Shown piece after piece: positions 37,918 through 48,488 of a stretch of 55,074 bases of DNA; within the stretch, counting starts at the first letter, position 1, and each line of letters starts with the position of its first letter. Below the pieces are notes generated by a model. That model had not been told where the DNA came from and ran no database searches. It was given only the letters and a program-made list of their open reading frames with translations. Source of the DNA: Clostridia bacterium (GTDB lineage: Bacteria; Bacillota; Clostridia; Christensenellales; UBA1242). Position numbers and translations under genes: made by a program. Where the stretch lies: the NCBI GenBank assembly GCA_045597505.1, contig JAZLKE010000015.1, forward strand, positions 1 to 55,074, given 5' to 3'.

Positions 37918-38970
37918 TTATTTTTCTCCTTTTTTCTTTAAGCACGCAATGCCTGGCAAAGTCGTGCCTTCGACAAATTCTAAAGCCGCACCGCCCCCAG
38001 TGGACACGTGCGTGAATTTGAAATTTTTAACTGCGGCCGCAGTATCACCACCACCAACCACACTGACCGCGCGACTGTTAGCCACTAATTCGGCAACCGC
38101 GCGAGTACCGTTACCGTTTTGCGGGTCCACATCAAATTGACCTAATGGACCATTCCAAAAAATGGTTGCACTGTTTTGAATAATCGGACGCCAAGTTTCT
38201 ACCGTCGTCATGGAAATATCCAAACCTTGGTCGGGTGCAATCAAAATTTTGGCACGACGTTTCACACCATCATCTTGCCAATCTTGCGCGATGCGACCAC
38301 CCACCAAAAGATAGTCCGCGCGTTCCGCCAACTTTCGCGCCAAAGGCAACTTGTCCGCCACTTTTTTTCCGCCAATGATGACAGTAAACGGACGTTTAGG
38401 ATTGTGAGTAATTTGACTGAGTTGTTCAATTTCGCGTGCCATTAGCAAGCCCGCATAACTGGGTAAGTAATTAGCCACCCCCACAGTGCTGGCGTGTGCG
38501 CGGTGTGCAGCACCAAAAGCATCGTTAACAAAGATTTCTCCCAAGTGTGATAACTGCTCAGCAAAGTTCGCGTCGTTTGCGGTTTCTTCGGATTGGAAGC
38601 GCGTATTTTCTAATAAGAGCACACTACCATTCGGCATATTCGCCGCTTGTTCTTCGATGGCTTGACCAACGGTCGCGGGTGCAAATTGAACGACAATCCC
38701 GGGCAGTAATGTTTGCAAATGTTCGTAAACTGGACGCAAAGAGTACTTAGCGTCGGGCTTACCTTCCGGACGACCAAAGTGACTGCATAAAACAACTTTG
38801 GCACCGCGTTCCAACAAATAGCGCACGGTTGGTAAACTGTCGACCATGCGTTTATCGTCGCTGATTTTTCCGTCCGCGGTCATCGGGACATTGTAATCAA
38901 CACGCATTAACACGCGTGTACCTGTTTTAATTGGCGCGTCCCCCACACCGGCAACCTGTATTTTCTTCAT
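37918..38970 (-). CDS. pgk: Phosphoglycerate kinase (short, 350 aa)
   Basis: RVDYNVP, SHFGRP, LLENTRF, NDAFGAAHRAHAS, WNGPLG, GGGDT, STGGGA. Confidence 0.95.
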   Translation of the reverse strand: MKKIQVAGVGDAPIKTGTRVLMRVDYNVPMTADGKISDDKRMVDSLPTVRYLLERGAKVVLCSHFGRPEGKPDAKYSLRPVYEHLQTLLPGIVVQFAPATVGQAIEEQAANMPNGSVLLLENTRFQSEETANDANFAEQLSHLGEIFVNDAFGAAHRAHASTVGVANYLPSYAGLLMAREIEQLSQITHNPKRPFTVIIGGKKVADKLPLARKLAERADYLLVGGRIAQDWQDDGVKRRAKILIAPDQGLDISMTTVETWRPIIQNSATIFWNGPLGQFDVDPQNGNGTRAVAELVANSRAVSVVGGGDTAAAVKNFKFTHVSTGGGAALEFVEGTTLPGIACLKKKGEK

Positions 38971-39016
38971 CGTTATTTATTATATACGCAAACCTCCAAC
39001 TTGCCAAATAAATTGG

Positions 39017-39775
39017 TTAGGACTTTCGGCGGTTGGCTTGCAATTTATAAACAATCCGTGCTACCCAAGAGCTGGGTAATAGCGCCATAGCAAAACGCGC
39101 CAACCGGACACCCAAGGTTGGCACAATGTAAAAGCGGTTCAAATGTTCAATCGTATAGCGCGCAACTTTGGCACTGTCTACGCCGTTAAAATTAAACTTC
39201 ACATTGGCGGTCTTGGCAAAGTTGGTATCCACCGGTCCCGGGCAAAGTACACTGATTTTGACTTTGGATTTTTCACGACGCAATTCTTCACGGATTGCTT
39301 CGCTTAAACGTACAACATAATTTTTAGTGGCATAGTAAGTCGCCATCAAAGGTCCTGGCATAAAACCTGCAATCGAACCCACGTTCAAGATGTGACCACT
39401 GTTACGAGCTTTCATATTCACTAAATATAACTTGGTTAAAATGTGCAACGCAGTCACGTTGGTATTAATCATGGCTAAGTCTTTTTCCAACGAAGTTTGG
39501 GTAAACACCCCACTATCGCCGAAGCCCGCATTGTTAATCAATAAGTCCACATCAGGGTGCATGGCGTGCAATTGCTGACAATGTTCTGCCACGCTTAAAT
39601 CAAGACTGACCGTAGTCACATTGTGATTAGGATATGCGGTCATAATCATTTGTTGCAATTCCAACAACCGTCCTTGGTCACGCGCCACCAAAACCATTTG
39701 GTCGTATTTTTCTGCCAACAATTTTGCCATTTCGCGTCCCATACCAGACGAAGCACCAGTAATTAAAACTTTCAT
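39017..39775 (-). CDS. Short-chain dehydrogenase/reductase
   Basis: TGASSGMG, NNAG, YYATK, LCPGPV. Confidence 0.93.
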   Translation of the reverse strand: MKVLITGASSGMGREMAKLLAEKYDQMVLVARDQGRLLELQQMIMTAYPNHNVTTVSLDLSVAEHCQQLHAMHPDVDLLINNAGFGDSGVFTQTSLEKDLAMINTNVTALHILTKLYLVNMKARNSGHILNVGSIAGFMPGPLMATYYATKNYVVRLSEAIREELRREKSKVKISVLCPGPVDTNFAKTANVKFNFNGVDSAKVARYTIEHLNRFYIVPTLGVRLARFAMALLPSSWVARIVYKLQANRRKS

Positions 39776-39819
39776 GTTTTTATATTGCCACAACTGCGCA
39801 TTCTTGTCGATAAAAAAAT

Positions 39820-39885
39820 ATGTAAATAACACTTGACATAGTGTTTAACTATACATATAATTACGATGTAAAGTTTACTTTACAT
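39820..39885 (+). promoter_or_regulatory. Consensus sigma-A promoter flanked by two operator palindromes
   Basis: TTGACA(39833)-17-TATAAT(39856); ATGTAAAGtttaCTTTACAT (39866-39885) and ATGTAAATaacaCTTGACAT (39820-39839). Confidence 0.8.
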
Positions 39886-39897
39886 AAAGGAGGAAAA

Positions 39898-40233
39898 ATG
39901 AATAAAGCAGAAATTTTGCAAAAAGCACAAAACCAAAAAGCCGTTGTTGGCGAAATGGAAAAAGAAAAGTTGGGCAAAGGCGCCATCATTTCTTTGGTCG
40001 TAGCAGCAGTTGTCGCGATTGCATTTACCATTGTGGAAGGTGTCTTCGGACATTTCACCGCAATTTATGCCATTGCTACAATCTGTTTTGTATGGGCGGG
40101 TACCTTTTATATCTTGCAATACTTTTACGCAAAACGTCCATGGCAAGTTTTGATTGGTTCAGTTTTGGAATATTTGGCAGCCATTTTCTTCATTGTGCGT
40201 TACATTCTTGCTTTGACTGGCATCTGGTGGTAA
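39898..40233 (+). CDS. Small three-TM membrane protein (DUF6442-like)
   Basis: MNKAEILQKAQ...EME start, TM helices, SD AAGGAGG; paired with an XRE regulator. Confidence 0.7.
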   Translation: MNKAEILQKAQNQKAVVGEMEKEKLGKGAIISLVVAAVVAIAFTIVEGVFGHFTAIYAIATICFVWAGTFYILQYFYAKRPWQVLIGSVLEYLAAIFFIVRYILALTGIWW

Positions 40234-40236
40234 CAC

Positions 40237-40443
40237 ATGAAGTCCTTGGAACTGAATAACCGTTTGAAAGAACGGCGCACAGAAAAAGGTCTATCACAAG
40301 AGGAATTGGCTAAACTAATTGGCACTACACGCCAAACCATTATATCCATTGAAAAGAAACAGTTTAACCCGACCACCAAATTAGCGATTTTACTCAGCGT
40401 CGCGTTAGATTGTAAAGTTGAAGACCTATTTTATTTGGAGTAA
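40237..40443 (+). CDS. XRE-family HTH regulator
   Basis: NRLKERR...LSQEELAKLIGTTRQTIISIEKKQFNP. Confidence 0.93.
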   Translation: MKSLELNNRLKERRTEKGLSQEELAKLIGTTRQTIISIEKKQFNPTTKLAILLSVALDCKVEDLFYLE

Positions 40444-40444
40444 T

Positions 40445-40475
40445 AAAAAAACACGGGATTTCGCCCGTGTTTTTT
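40445..40475. terminator. Bidirectional intrinsic terminator
   Basis: AAAAAAACACGGG atttcg CCCGTGTTTTTT. Confidence 0.88.
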
Positions 40476-40498
40476 GATTAATACTGATTAACTCGAAA

Positions 40499-41182
40499 TT
40501 ACATTTGAGTAGCAACTTGAACACCAACACCCATTGAAGAGCATACAGTGATGCGTTTCAAATAAATACCTTTCGCAGCAGCAGGTTTAGCTTTAACAAT
40601 TGCGTCCAACAAGACAGCATAGTTTTCCGCCAATTTTTTAGTGCCGAAAGACATTTTACCCAAAATACAGTGAACGATGTTAGCTTTATCCAAACGGTAT
40701 TCAACTTTACCGCCCTTGGCATCAGCAACAGCTTTTTTTACGTCCATGGTAACGGTACCACTCTTCGGGTTTGGCATTAAGCCTTTTGGACCCAAAATTT
40801 TTGCGATACGACCAACCATACCCATCATATCTGGGGTGGTAATACAGACGTCAAAGCCTAACCAACCGCCGTTAATTTTGGCAATCATATCTTCGGCGCC
40901 AACGAAATCAGCACCAGCTTTTTCAGCTTCAACCGCTTTATCACCTTTGGCTAAAACCAAGATTTTTTGGCTGCGACCTGTACCATGTGGCAAAACCACG
41001 GTACCACGGACTTGTTGGTCCGCTTGTTTACCATCAACGCCCAAGTTAATGTGAACTTCGATGGTTTCGTCAAATTTGACACGTTTGGTTTTAGCAACCA
41101 AGTCCAACGCTTCGTTAATTGGCAAAGCGTGTACGTCTTTGATTTCTTCCAAAACTTTGTTGTAACTCTTACTGTGTTTCAT
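40499..41182 (-). CDS. rplA: 50S ribosomal protein L1
   Basis: [34 protein letters not shown]. Confidence 0.98.
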   Translation of the reverse strand: MKHSKSYNKVLEEIKDVHALPINEALDLVAKTKRVKFDETIEVHINLGVDGKQADQQVRGTVVLPHGTGRSQKILVLAKGDKAVEAEKAGADFVGAEDMIAKINGGWLGFDVCITTPDMMGMVGRIAKILGPKGLMPNPKSGTVTMDVKKAVADAKGGKVEYRLDKANIVHCILGKMSFGTKKLAENYAVLLDAIVKAKPAAAKGIYLKRITVCSSMGVGVQVATQM

Positions 41183-41185
41183 CGA

Positions 41186-41614
41186 TTATTCCTCCACGGT
41201 CACGCCCATGCTGCGTGCGCTACCTTTAACCAAGCGTTCTGCCGCTTCCATTGAAGCAACATTCAAATCAGGCATTTTTTGTTCTGCGATTTTACGAACT
41301 TGTTCTTTGGTTAATTTGCCGACTTTTTCAGTGTTTGGACGTTTGCTGCCGCTTTGTAAGCCCAATGCTTGTTTAATCAAGACTGCGGCCGGCGGAGTTT
41401 TCAAGACAAAGTCAAACGAACGGTCGCCATAAATTGTAACGACAACTGGAATGACCAAGCCTTTGTCCTTAGCTGTGGCATCGTTAAATTGTTTAACGAA
41501 GCCTGGTAAGTTAATACCGTGTGGACCCAAAATGGTACCCACGGGTGGAGCCGGAGTTGCAGCACCGGCTTGCAATTGTAACTTGACAACTGCCTTAATT
41601 GGTTTGTCTGCCAT
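41186..41614 (-). CDS. rplK: 50S ribosomal protein L11
   Basis: [29 protein letters not shown]. Confidence 0.98.
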   Translation of the reverse strand: MADKPIKAVVKLQLQAGAATPAPPVGTILGPHGINLPGFVKQFNDATAKDKGLVIPVVVTIYGDRSFDFVLKTPPAAVLIKQALGLQSGSKRPNTEKVGKLTKEQVRKIAEQKMPDLNVASMEAAERLVKGSARSMGVTVEE

Positions 41615-41633
41615 TTTTTAATTTTCCTTTTAA

Positions 41634-41674
41634 GCGGTACCAACGACTGCGTAACTTTGTTACACATCTCCCGC
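41634..41674 (-). promoter_or_regulatory. Putative L1-binding autoregulatory leader of rplK-rplA
   Basis: GCGGGAG-[TGTGTAAC aaa GTTACGCA]-...ACCGC structure just upstream of the SD. Confidence 0.6.
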
Positions 41675-41738
41675 GTTAATGAAGATAATATACCGCAACT
41701 GTTAATATTTGTAAAGGGCTTTACACAAAATAAAAACA

Positions 41739-42998
41739 ATGCGCAACAAAAAAGTTTGGTTATTCGGTTTAATTTTATGTTTAACGGTCAGTTTCTGCGG
41801 GGCTTGGTCAGTTAACCCTGGTACACCCACTGCCCTGACCATTAACTTCGGCACAGAACAAGTCGTGCTGACCGAAAAAATTTTACAAGGCGGTTGGTAC
41901 AACTATGATACATGGCAAAACACCACTATGGGTAAAAGTTTGTTTTCCCGTGCCACAACCATGACAGAAGCCGACAGTTTTGCGGGCGTGTTTCCCGACA
42001 TTGTCCAATACCTTGACCGCGTTGCGTCCAAATTTGAGGTCGCACCCTTTAACGGACAAATTGATTTTCACCCGCACCAAACCCCACGTTTTTCTGTACG
42101 CGGACAAAAAGCTGGTCGCGTGATTGACCGCGAACAATTATATACTGACATTGTCAACGCGCTTAAAGGCAACCAATATCCCGTGGTCAATGTTAATTAC
42201 AAAACGGTCGAACCCTTACCGCCCGCACAAATTCTCGGTGCAATTAAACAACGCAGTCGTTTCAGTACAGACTGTACCATTAACCCAGACCGTGAAAACA
42301 ACATCGCATTAGCGTTAGGCAAATTTAATGGACTGCGCGTTAATCCAGGGGAACAAGTATCCTTCAACAAAGTAGTTGGTCGCCGTTCAACAACCACGGG
42401 TTTTCGCGAAGCCAAAATTATCGTTAATGGCGAATATGTAGACGGTGTCGGCGGTGGCGTATGCCAAGTTAGTACCACCATTTTTAATGCGGTGGTACAA
42501 GCGGGTTTACAGATTACCGAATCACACCACCACAGTCTGCGTTCATCATATGTACCATTGGGCGAAGATGCGATGGTTTCGGGTGCCGCAGATTTGCGTT
42601 TTATCAACAACACGGGCGCACCCGTCTATTTTGAAACCAGTTTTCACGACCACCGCTTAACCGTAGCAATTTACGGTCGTGACAAAGGACCGAACATTAC
42701 CTACCGTTTGGATACCGCGGTAACCAAAACCTTGGAACCCAAAAACAAATGGGTGGAAGATTTGCCCGCCATTGTGATTAAGGATTATCAAGCTCACCCC
42801 GAACATTACGACAAAGTTTTGGTTAAAAGTGGTTACCAAGGTCACGTCGTAGATACCTACATTGAAACTTATCAAGGTAGTAAACGTTTATCACGCAAAT
42901 TATTACGTCACAACACTTACCAAGCAGTACCGCACCGTTACACCTTACGCAAACGCGAAGAACAACCAACAACCACGCCCGACCCAGAAATTTTATAA
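41739..42998 (+). CDS. VanW-family extracellular protein (YoaR-like)
   Basis: Signal/anchor; NPGEQVSFNKVVG, GVGGGVCQVSTTIFNA, YVPLGEDA. Confidence 0.9.
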   Translation: MRNKKVWLFGLILCLTVSFCGAWSVNPGTPTALTINFGTEQVVLTEKILQGGWYNYDTWQNTTMGKSLFSRATTMTEADSFAGVFPDIVQYLDRVASKFEVAPFNGQIDFHPHQTPRFSVRGQKAGRVIDREQLYTDIVNALKGNQYPVVNVNYKTVEPLPPAQILGAIKQRSRFSTDCTINPDRENNIALALGKFNGLRVNPGEQVSFNKVVGRRSTTTGFREAKIIVNGEYVDGVGGGVCQVSTTIFNAVVQAGLQITESHHHSLRSSYVPLGEDAMVSGAADLRFINNTGAPVYFETSFHDHRLTVAIYGRDKGPNITYRLDTAVTKTLEPKNKWVEDLPAIVIKDYQAHPEHYDKVLVKSGYQGHVVDTYIETYQGSKRLSRKLLRHNTYQAVPHRYTLRKREEQPTTTPDPEIL

Positions 42999-43859
42999 AC
43001 TGGGAATAGGTTGTTGCGGATAATATTTTTTTAACTGTTTTTGATAAGCCAACCAATGTTTAATCAGGTCACTCGGGTTGCCCACATGTAAACGTTTTTG
43101 CATTTGCATGAGTTCAACCATGCGTGCATAACTTGGCACTTGGTCGTCCATGTTAATTTTCCACGGCGCACCGCAAATTGCACGTCCCACCATAACACCG
43201 TCGGCATGAGTTTGGCTTAGACACTTTTCCATGCTGGCACGGTCACGCACATCGCCATTGGCAATCACGGGAATATTGACTGCCGCTTTAACTTCCGCAA
43301 TTGCGTCATAGTCCGCTGTGCCACGGTAACCGTCCACACCTAAACGACCATGTACAATCAAACGGTCCACGCCCACACGTTCGCACATTTGCGCAAATTC
43401 AACTGCAATGTTTTTATCCCAACCCAAGCGCATTTTCACGCTTAACGCTTGCCCACTTTGTTTAGTGGCGACACGACATAGTTCAATTAAATGACGTGCA
43501 TCGTCCACGTGACGCATTAAATCACACCCGCAATGGTTCTTAATAATTTTGGGTGCGGGACAGCCCATGTTCAAATTAACTTCGGCGTAGTCCTTTAATA
43601 AGCCCGAATTAATTACAGTCACAAAGTCCCCGGATTCACGACAAAACAATTGCACTACTTGACGCACACCAACTTTTTCCACCGGCTTTAACATCGCAAT
43701 GGTTTTCGCGTTATCGCGCACTAAGGCGGTCGCGTTAATCATTTCAGTCCAAACTTCACGCGCGCCACATTCTGCTAAAACTTCGCGCATGCCATAATCC
43801 GTCCAGCCAGCTAACGGTGCCGAAATAATTTTAATGGGCGGATTGGATTTGTTCATCAT
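42993..43859 (-). CDS. dus: tRNA-dihydrouridine synthase family protein
   Basis: APLAGWTD, NLNMGCPAPK, SVKMRLGW, VHGR, ANGDV, GVMVGRA. Confidence 0.92.
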   Translation of the reverse strand: MMNKSNPPIKIISAPLAGWTDYGMREVLAECGAREVWTEMINATALVRDNAKTIAMLKPVEKVGVRQVVQLFCRESGDFVTVINSGLLKDYAEVNLNMGCPAPKIIKNHCGCDLMRHVDDARHLIELCRVATKQSGQALSVKMRLGWDKNIAVEFAQMCERVGVDRLIVHGRLGVDGYRGTADYDAIAEVKAAVNIPVIANGDVRDRASMEKCLSQTHADGVMVGRAICGAPWKINMDDQVPSYARMVELMQMQKRLHVGNPSDLIKHWLAYQKQLKKYYPQQPIPSL

Positions 43860-45204
43860 GATAAGATACCACACTTGCCGCCGCTTTGTCTTGATATTTC
43901 CCAAACAGTAACCACGCGCCTAAACCAGCAACAGTCACGCCGCCAACCAACACCCAACCCAGCGCCGTGCTGACTTGCCATGTTTGGGTCGCAACACCAC
44001 TTTGAAAGCCAATCAAATCTAACAACAGTCCAACAATGAAAGTCACCAATGCATTAGTACATTTCGTGCAAAAAGTTAAAAAGCCTGTCGCCATGGCAGT
44101 ATTTTCTAACGCGATGTTATCCGCAAACATGCTAATCGGTAATGAATAAATACACCCCACACCCACCGCAATCAGATAGACCACTGTGGCAACTGAGATA
44201 AGCAATACGCCAGTCGGTAAAAATATGCGTGCAGTCAACAAACCCGCAAAAACCACTACGCCCCCCAGCACTACCCATAACGCAGTTTGAACGGTACGCT
44301 TTTTCCCACAGTGCGCACTTACACGACACCATAACGGTTGCCCACTAATCACCCCCGCGACCAAACAACCTAACACCAAAGAAATTTGCCACGAAGTAAA
44401 ATGAAAAGTATAGGTAAATACATGCATGCCCAAGGTGGTCAAAAATGCACTGCATGACAGCGCGACCGCATAAGCCAGAATCAAATACACACGGTTACGT
44501 TCGTCCAAAATCGCAAAGAATTCTTTTAAGAATGAAACTTTATGTGCGGGTTTGGGCGTATTTACAACACCACTGTGGCGGTAACGAAAAGTACCAAAAA
44601 TGGTAATCATCGCGGTTAAGATACACAGCGTACTGGTTATCGCAGCAATAACATGGTAGCCACCTGTTGCTGTATGCATAGTGGCGACGGCTTTGGGTTG
44701 CAAGACCAGACCCATTAAAATTGATGGCACCAACAAAGCGGCGGATTGGAATACGGTTTTATAACTTTGGATACTGGTGCGTTCGTGGTAAGTTTGGCAC
44801 ATATCAAAACCCAGCGCACTGTACGGTGTTGAGTACACAGTGTTGAAAGTTTCAATTAACAACAGCCCTACCAACAGAACAAAAAATTTGCGTGTTTCAC
44901 CCCATGCGGGATTGATGTGCCAAATGATTAAATTGATGATTGCTACCATTAAACAACCTACCAACATAAAGGAGTGACGCTTGCCCAGTCGACCGCGGAA
45001 GTTGTCCGACATTGCACCAACCAAAGGATCGGTTACCGCGTCCCAAACGGTAGATATGGCAATTGCTAATCCCATTAAAGTGCCTGACAGCCCAAGCACA
45101 CCAGTGCCAAAAAACATCAAAAAATTATTTAGCGTTTGGTTTACGCTGCCATACCCAAACGCTCCCACGCCATAAAGTAACTTGTCCGTACGGGAAACTT
45201 TCAT
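43831..45204 (-). CDS. MFS glycoside-pentoside-hexuronide (GPH) type symporter
   Basis: WDAVTDPLVGAMSD...GKRH, TPYSALG...ERT; about 12 TM segments. Confidence 0.88.
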   Translation of the reverse strand: MKVSRTDKLLYGVGAFGYGSVNQTLNNFLMFFGTGVLGLSGTLMGLAIAISTVWDAVTDPLVGAMSDNFRGRLGKRHSFMLVGCLMVAIINLIIWHINPAWGETRKFFVLLVGLLLIETFNTVYSTPYSALGFDMCQTYHERTSIQSYKTVFQSAALLVPSILMGLVLQPKAVATMHTATGGYHVIAAITSTLCILTAMITIFGTFRYRHSGVVNTPKPAHKVSFLKEFFAILDERNRVYLILAYAVALSCSAFLTTLGMHVFTYTFHFTSWQISLVLGCLVAGVISGQPLWCRVSAHCGKKRTVQTALWVVLGGVVVFAGLLTARIFLPTGVLLISVATVVYLIAVGVGCIYSLPISMFADNIALENTAMATGFLTFCTKCTNALVTFIVGLLLDLIGFQSGVATQTWQVSTALGWVLVGGVTVAGLGAWLLFGKYQDKAAASVVSYHDEQIQSAH

Positions 45205-45259
45205 CTTTATTATTTGTATTTGCTAAAATTTGAATTTAGCAGCATACTATCTATGAAAC

Positions 45260-45787
45260 ATGGGGAAAAATGTAACGGGTGACAAACCCAAGTTTGATTT
45301 GATTACGGCTTCCAAAACCAAAAAGTACAAAATCATTTTTGGGATTATTTTGGGGCTGGGTATTTTATTGCTGATTGGCGGTTTTGTTTTGCGCGGAACC
45401 TTGACTTCGGCGGTAACCCCGAACTCACTCACAATTGAACATTTATCAAATTTGGACGGCGCCGCGCCAACCAATTATAAATGTATCATTTCGCAAGATG
45501 AATCTTTCGTACTTTCTACCAGTACCCCGCCAGACCGTGCTTTGGTTAACCCGATTACTTTTGACTTAGATAACGATGCCAAAATGTTTGCGGAAATTCG
45601 CGAAAAGACCAACACGACTACGATTACCCAAAACCGCTACCAAGGTATGTTTTGGATTCACATTCGCGATGATGCGCCACAATTTATTGGTGCAGATCAA
45701 ACGGACACTAACCGTCCCAAAGGCTATTTAACCATTCGTTGCGGTTCACGTGTTTTGCGCATTGAATTAACTTACTACGCCAAATAA
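45260..45787 (+). CDS. Hypothetical membrane-anchored protein
   Basis: Single N-terminal TM; fills the gap. Confidence 0.7.
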   Translation: MGKNVTGDKPKFDLITASKTKKYKIIFGIILGLGILLLIGGFVLRGTLTSAVTPNSLTIEHLSNLDGAAPTNYKCIISQDESFVLSTSTPPDRALVNPITFDLDNDAKMFAEIREKTNTTTITQNRYQGMFWIHIRDDAPQFIGADQTDTNRPKGYLTIRCGSRVLRIELTYYAK

Positions 45788-45833
45788 TTGACATTTTTTG
45801 CATATTTAATTTTTTGGTTCATACATATGGGCT

Positions 45834-46550
45834 ATGAAAATCAAAAAAATTTTTAACAAGAAATTTTGGATTGCCGCCAGCATTATTGTCGTGTCTTTGG
45901 TCGTAACAATCATTGGCGTTTGCAATTTCAAACGCAGTGACACTTACCAAATGGCGCTGGAAAACATTGCCGAAGCACGCTTTTATTTGAAAACCGCAGG
46001 TACGGACAACGCAATTGGCAACGTACAATTGTACAGCGGAATTCGTGAAACAGAATTTAACGCGGACGGTATCGCGACCGCAACAGTGCCTTTTACCATT
46101 TTATCCGTAGAACCTGCCAACGACAAAATAGTTTACAACGGTTGCGTAACAACCTTAGTTAAAATCGACGACCAAAAACCAATTACTTTGGTTTTGGAAA
46201 AAAACCCTTACGGCAATAACTACGCCGCCGACTTAGAAAACACCGTCGACGCGAACGCCAACGTGTCAATTACTTTTCAAGCTAACGGCGAAACCATTGG
46301 CACAGTTAGTTTGGAAAATGTCATGCCCGCGGAAGCCATTACTTGGGAAGCGGCTTTGGAAATTGCATGCCAAGCTTTGGACGGCGTGATTGGTACAGAT
46401 ACACGCATGGAAAGTTCAACCAAAATTTTGTGCGACAGCACAACGGTTAATACTCCATATTGGTTCGTATCCTTTGTAACCGAAACTGGCAATCGTTATT
46501 TTGTGGTGGTCAGTCACGACGGCAAAGTCATCGGCACCAGCGAAAAATAA
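45834..46550 (+). CDS. Hypothetical membrane-anchored/secreted protein
   Basis: N-terminal basic stretch plus TM; followed by terminator AAGCCCA...TGGGCTTTTT. Confidence 0.75.
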   Translation: MKIKKIFNKKFWIAASIIVVSLVVTIIGVCNFKRSDTYQMALENIAEARFYLKTAGTDNAIGNVQLYSGIRETEFNADGIATATVPFTILSVEPANDKIVYNGCVTTLVKIDDQKPITLVLEKNPYGNNYAADLENTVDANANVSITFQANGETIGTVSLENVMPAEAITWEAALEIACQALDGVIGTDTRMESSTKILCDSTTVNTPYWFVSFVTETGNRYFVVVSHDGKVIGTSEK

Positions 46551-46657
46551 ACCGCATTCAAGTATAAAGAAGCCCACACATGTTGGGCTTTTTTAATCAA
46601 TTGCGTTTGCAAACTTGCTAAAAACACGCGAGTTTGCTATACTACATATGTAGAAAT

Positions 46658-47410
46658 ATGGGGTACACCAAAGCAGTCTTTATTAACATGTTTTCCGCGC
46701 TGGCCGTGGTTATTTTGTTGGGTGTTGTTTTGAAATTGACTTTGGGTAAAAAGTCTTTGGCGGTACGCCAAATTCCTCTACATATCATTGGCTTTTCTTT
46801 GGTGGTCTTTGAAATCGTGAAGCAGGCCGTCTACATTTGTAAGGGGACATGGAACACTTGGTGTTTACCATTACACTTTTGCAGTTTCTTTTTAATTTGG
46901 TTTGCGGTAGCTTTGGTTACGCGCGGTCGTTTACGTCAGTTAATGTATTTTTGCAGTTTAACGGGTGGTGTCATTATGACCATTGTTTTGTACTTCTACC
47001 CGACTGCTGTTTTACCAGAAGCCTCGAAAAATTTTTGGGACACGTTTGAACACGGTCATTCTTACTTTTTCCACATCAGTGTCGTTGCCTATTGGGTTTG
47101 GATGTTAATGTTAAACATTTATCAACCAGAACGCCGACACGTTGTCATGGCGACAGTTTTATACACGGCCTTTTATTTCATTGTCATGGCGGGAGCTTTT
47201 ATTTTCCAACAAAACTACACCAATGTTTTACGTTCTGACTTGCCGTCCTTTGAACGTTTCCGTTTATATGCGGGACAATTTTTTTATGATGCTGTATTGC
47301 TTAGTATTGGCATTGGCGTAGTCGCAGGTATCGGCAGTTTAATGTACTTTGTAACAAACAAACTTAACCAACATTACTATCGACGAAATACTAACACAAA
47401 GCAAAAGTAA
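46658..47410 (+). CDS. YwaF/TMEM164-like integral membrane protein
   Basis: LPLHFCS motif, HSYFFH, NY; multiple TM. Confidence 0.75.
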   Translation: MGYTKAVFINMFSALAVVILLGVVLKLTLGKKSLAVRQIPLHIIGFSLVVFEIVKQAVYICKGTWNTWCLPLHFCSFFLIWFAVALVTRGRLRQLMYFCSLTGGVIMTIVLYFYPTAVLPEASKNFWDTFEHGHSYFFHISVVAYWVWMLMLNIYQPERRHVVMATVLYTAFYFIVMAGAFIFQQNYTNVLRSDLPSFERFRLYAGQFFYDAVLLSIGIGVVAGIGSLMYFVTNKLNQHYYRRNTNTKQK

Positions 47411-48331
47411 TTATAGTGGTAACCACAAACCGACATAACCAACTAAAATACTAAAAGCAATTAACCAAGTAACCACAAAAATTTTTTCACGCCATAAACC
47501 TTTTTGTTTAAATAAAAAGATTAAACCTAAGCCCGCGTTCACACACAAACCACCCAACAATGCACCAAAGCGTAAACCGCCAACCAAATAAAATTCGGTT
47601 AAAACCACACTGGCGGCACAATTGGGAATTAAACCCACAATCACAGCTAACAATGGTTGCAACCACAAACTGCCCGATAAAAATTCGGTCATACGGTCTT
47701 CGCCAATCCATAAATCAACTAAACAACCAAACAACAAACTAATCACAACAATAAATGCCCAAATTTTCAAACTGTGTAACAATGGGTGTTTCCAATCGAA
47801 ATGTTTGGTTTCGACATGGTGGTGACAACAACCGTCGTGAATGTTGACAGTTTTAATTACATGGTCGTGTTCGTCTGCGTGTTCGTCATGTTGTTTTTCC
47901 GCGGTTGCAGCAACAGTTTTACGACGGAAAATCAAACGATACGTTGCGTTGGCTAAATAGCCGACCACCACCGCAATCACAATCTTGGCAACAATTAACA
48001 CTAAAATTGACAACCATTTTTGGGGGTGACTGAGTAACAAAGGCAAGGCTTCATCACTGGTCGCAATAAAGACCGACAACAATGCGCCAATCGGAATAAT
48101 ACCTTGCGCAAACAAATCGGCAGCCACAACGGAAAAACCACATTGCGGTACCGAACCAACCAAAGCCGCCAAAGCTGGACTGGCCTTACCGCGAAGTAAG
48201 TGGTTATTTTGCAATTTGTGTGCCCACTTAAATTCAATCAATTCAATCAAGAAATATACAGCCAACAAAATTGGCAAAACTTTCAAACTGTCCAGCATAG
48301 CTTCTTGAAAAACTTCCCAAAATTCTTCCAT
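47411..48331 (-). CDS. Putative metal (Mn/As) permease with His-rich loop
   Basis: GSVPQCGFS, ATSDEALP, GLIPNCAAS, HDEHADEHDH...GCCHHH. Confidence 0.78.
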   Translation of the reverse strand: MEEFWEVFQEAMLDSLKVLPILLAVYFLIELIEFKWAHKLQNNHLLRGKASPALAALVGSVPQCGFSVVAADLFAQGIIPIGALLSVFIATSDEALPLLLSHPQKWLSILVLIVAKIVIAVVVGYLANATYRLIFRRKTVAATAEKQHDEHADEHDHVIKTVNIHDGCCHHHVETKHFDWKHPLLHSLKIWAFIVVISLLFGCLVDLWIGEDRMTEFLSGSLWLQPLLAVIVGLIPNCAASVVLTEFYLVGGLRFGALLGGLCVNAGLGLIFLFKQKGLWREKIFVVTWLIAFSILVGYVGLWLPL

Positions 48332-48488
48332 AAGTGCCTTATTATAAAATCAAACGCTAAAATGCGCAAGAATTAAAATAACTTTTGTAAACGACAAAAT
48401 TTGTCAAATAAATTTTGCACAAGTAGTTGTATTGCTGTCATACCTATGATATTATGGGTTTTTATTTGGGAAAAGGAAGGTAAAGGTT

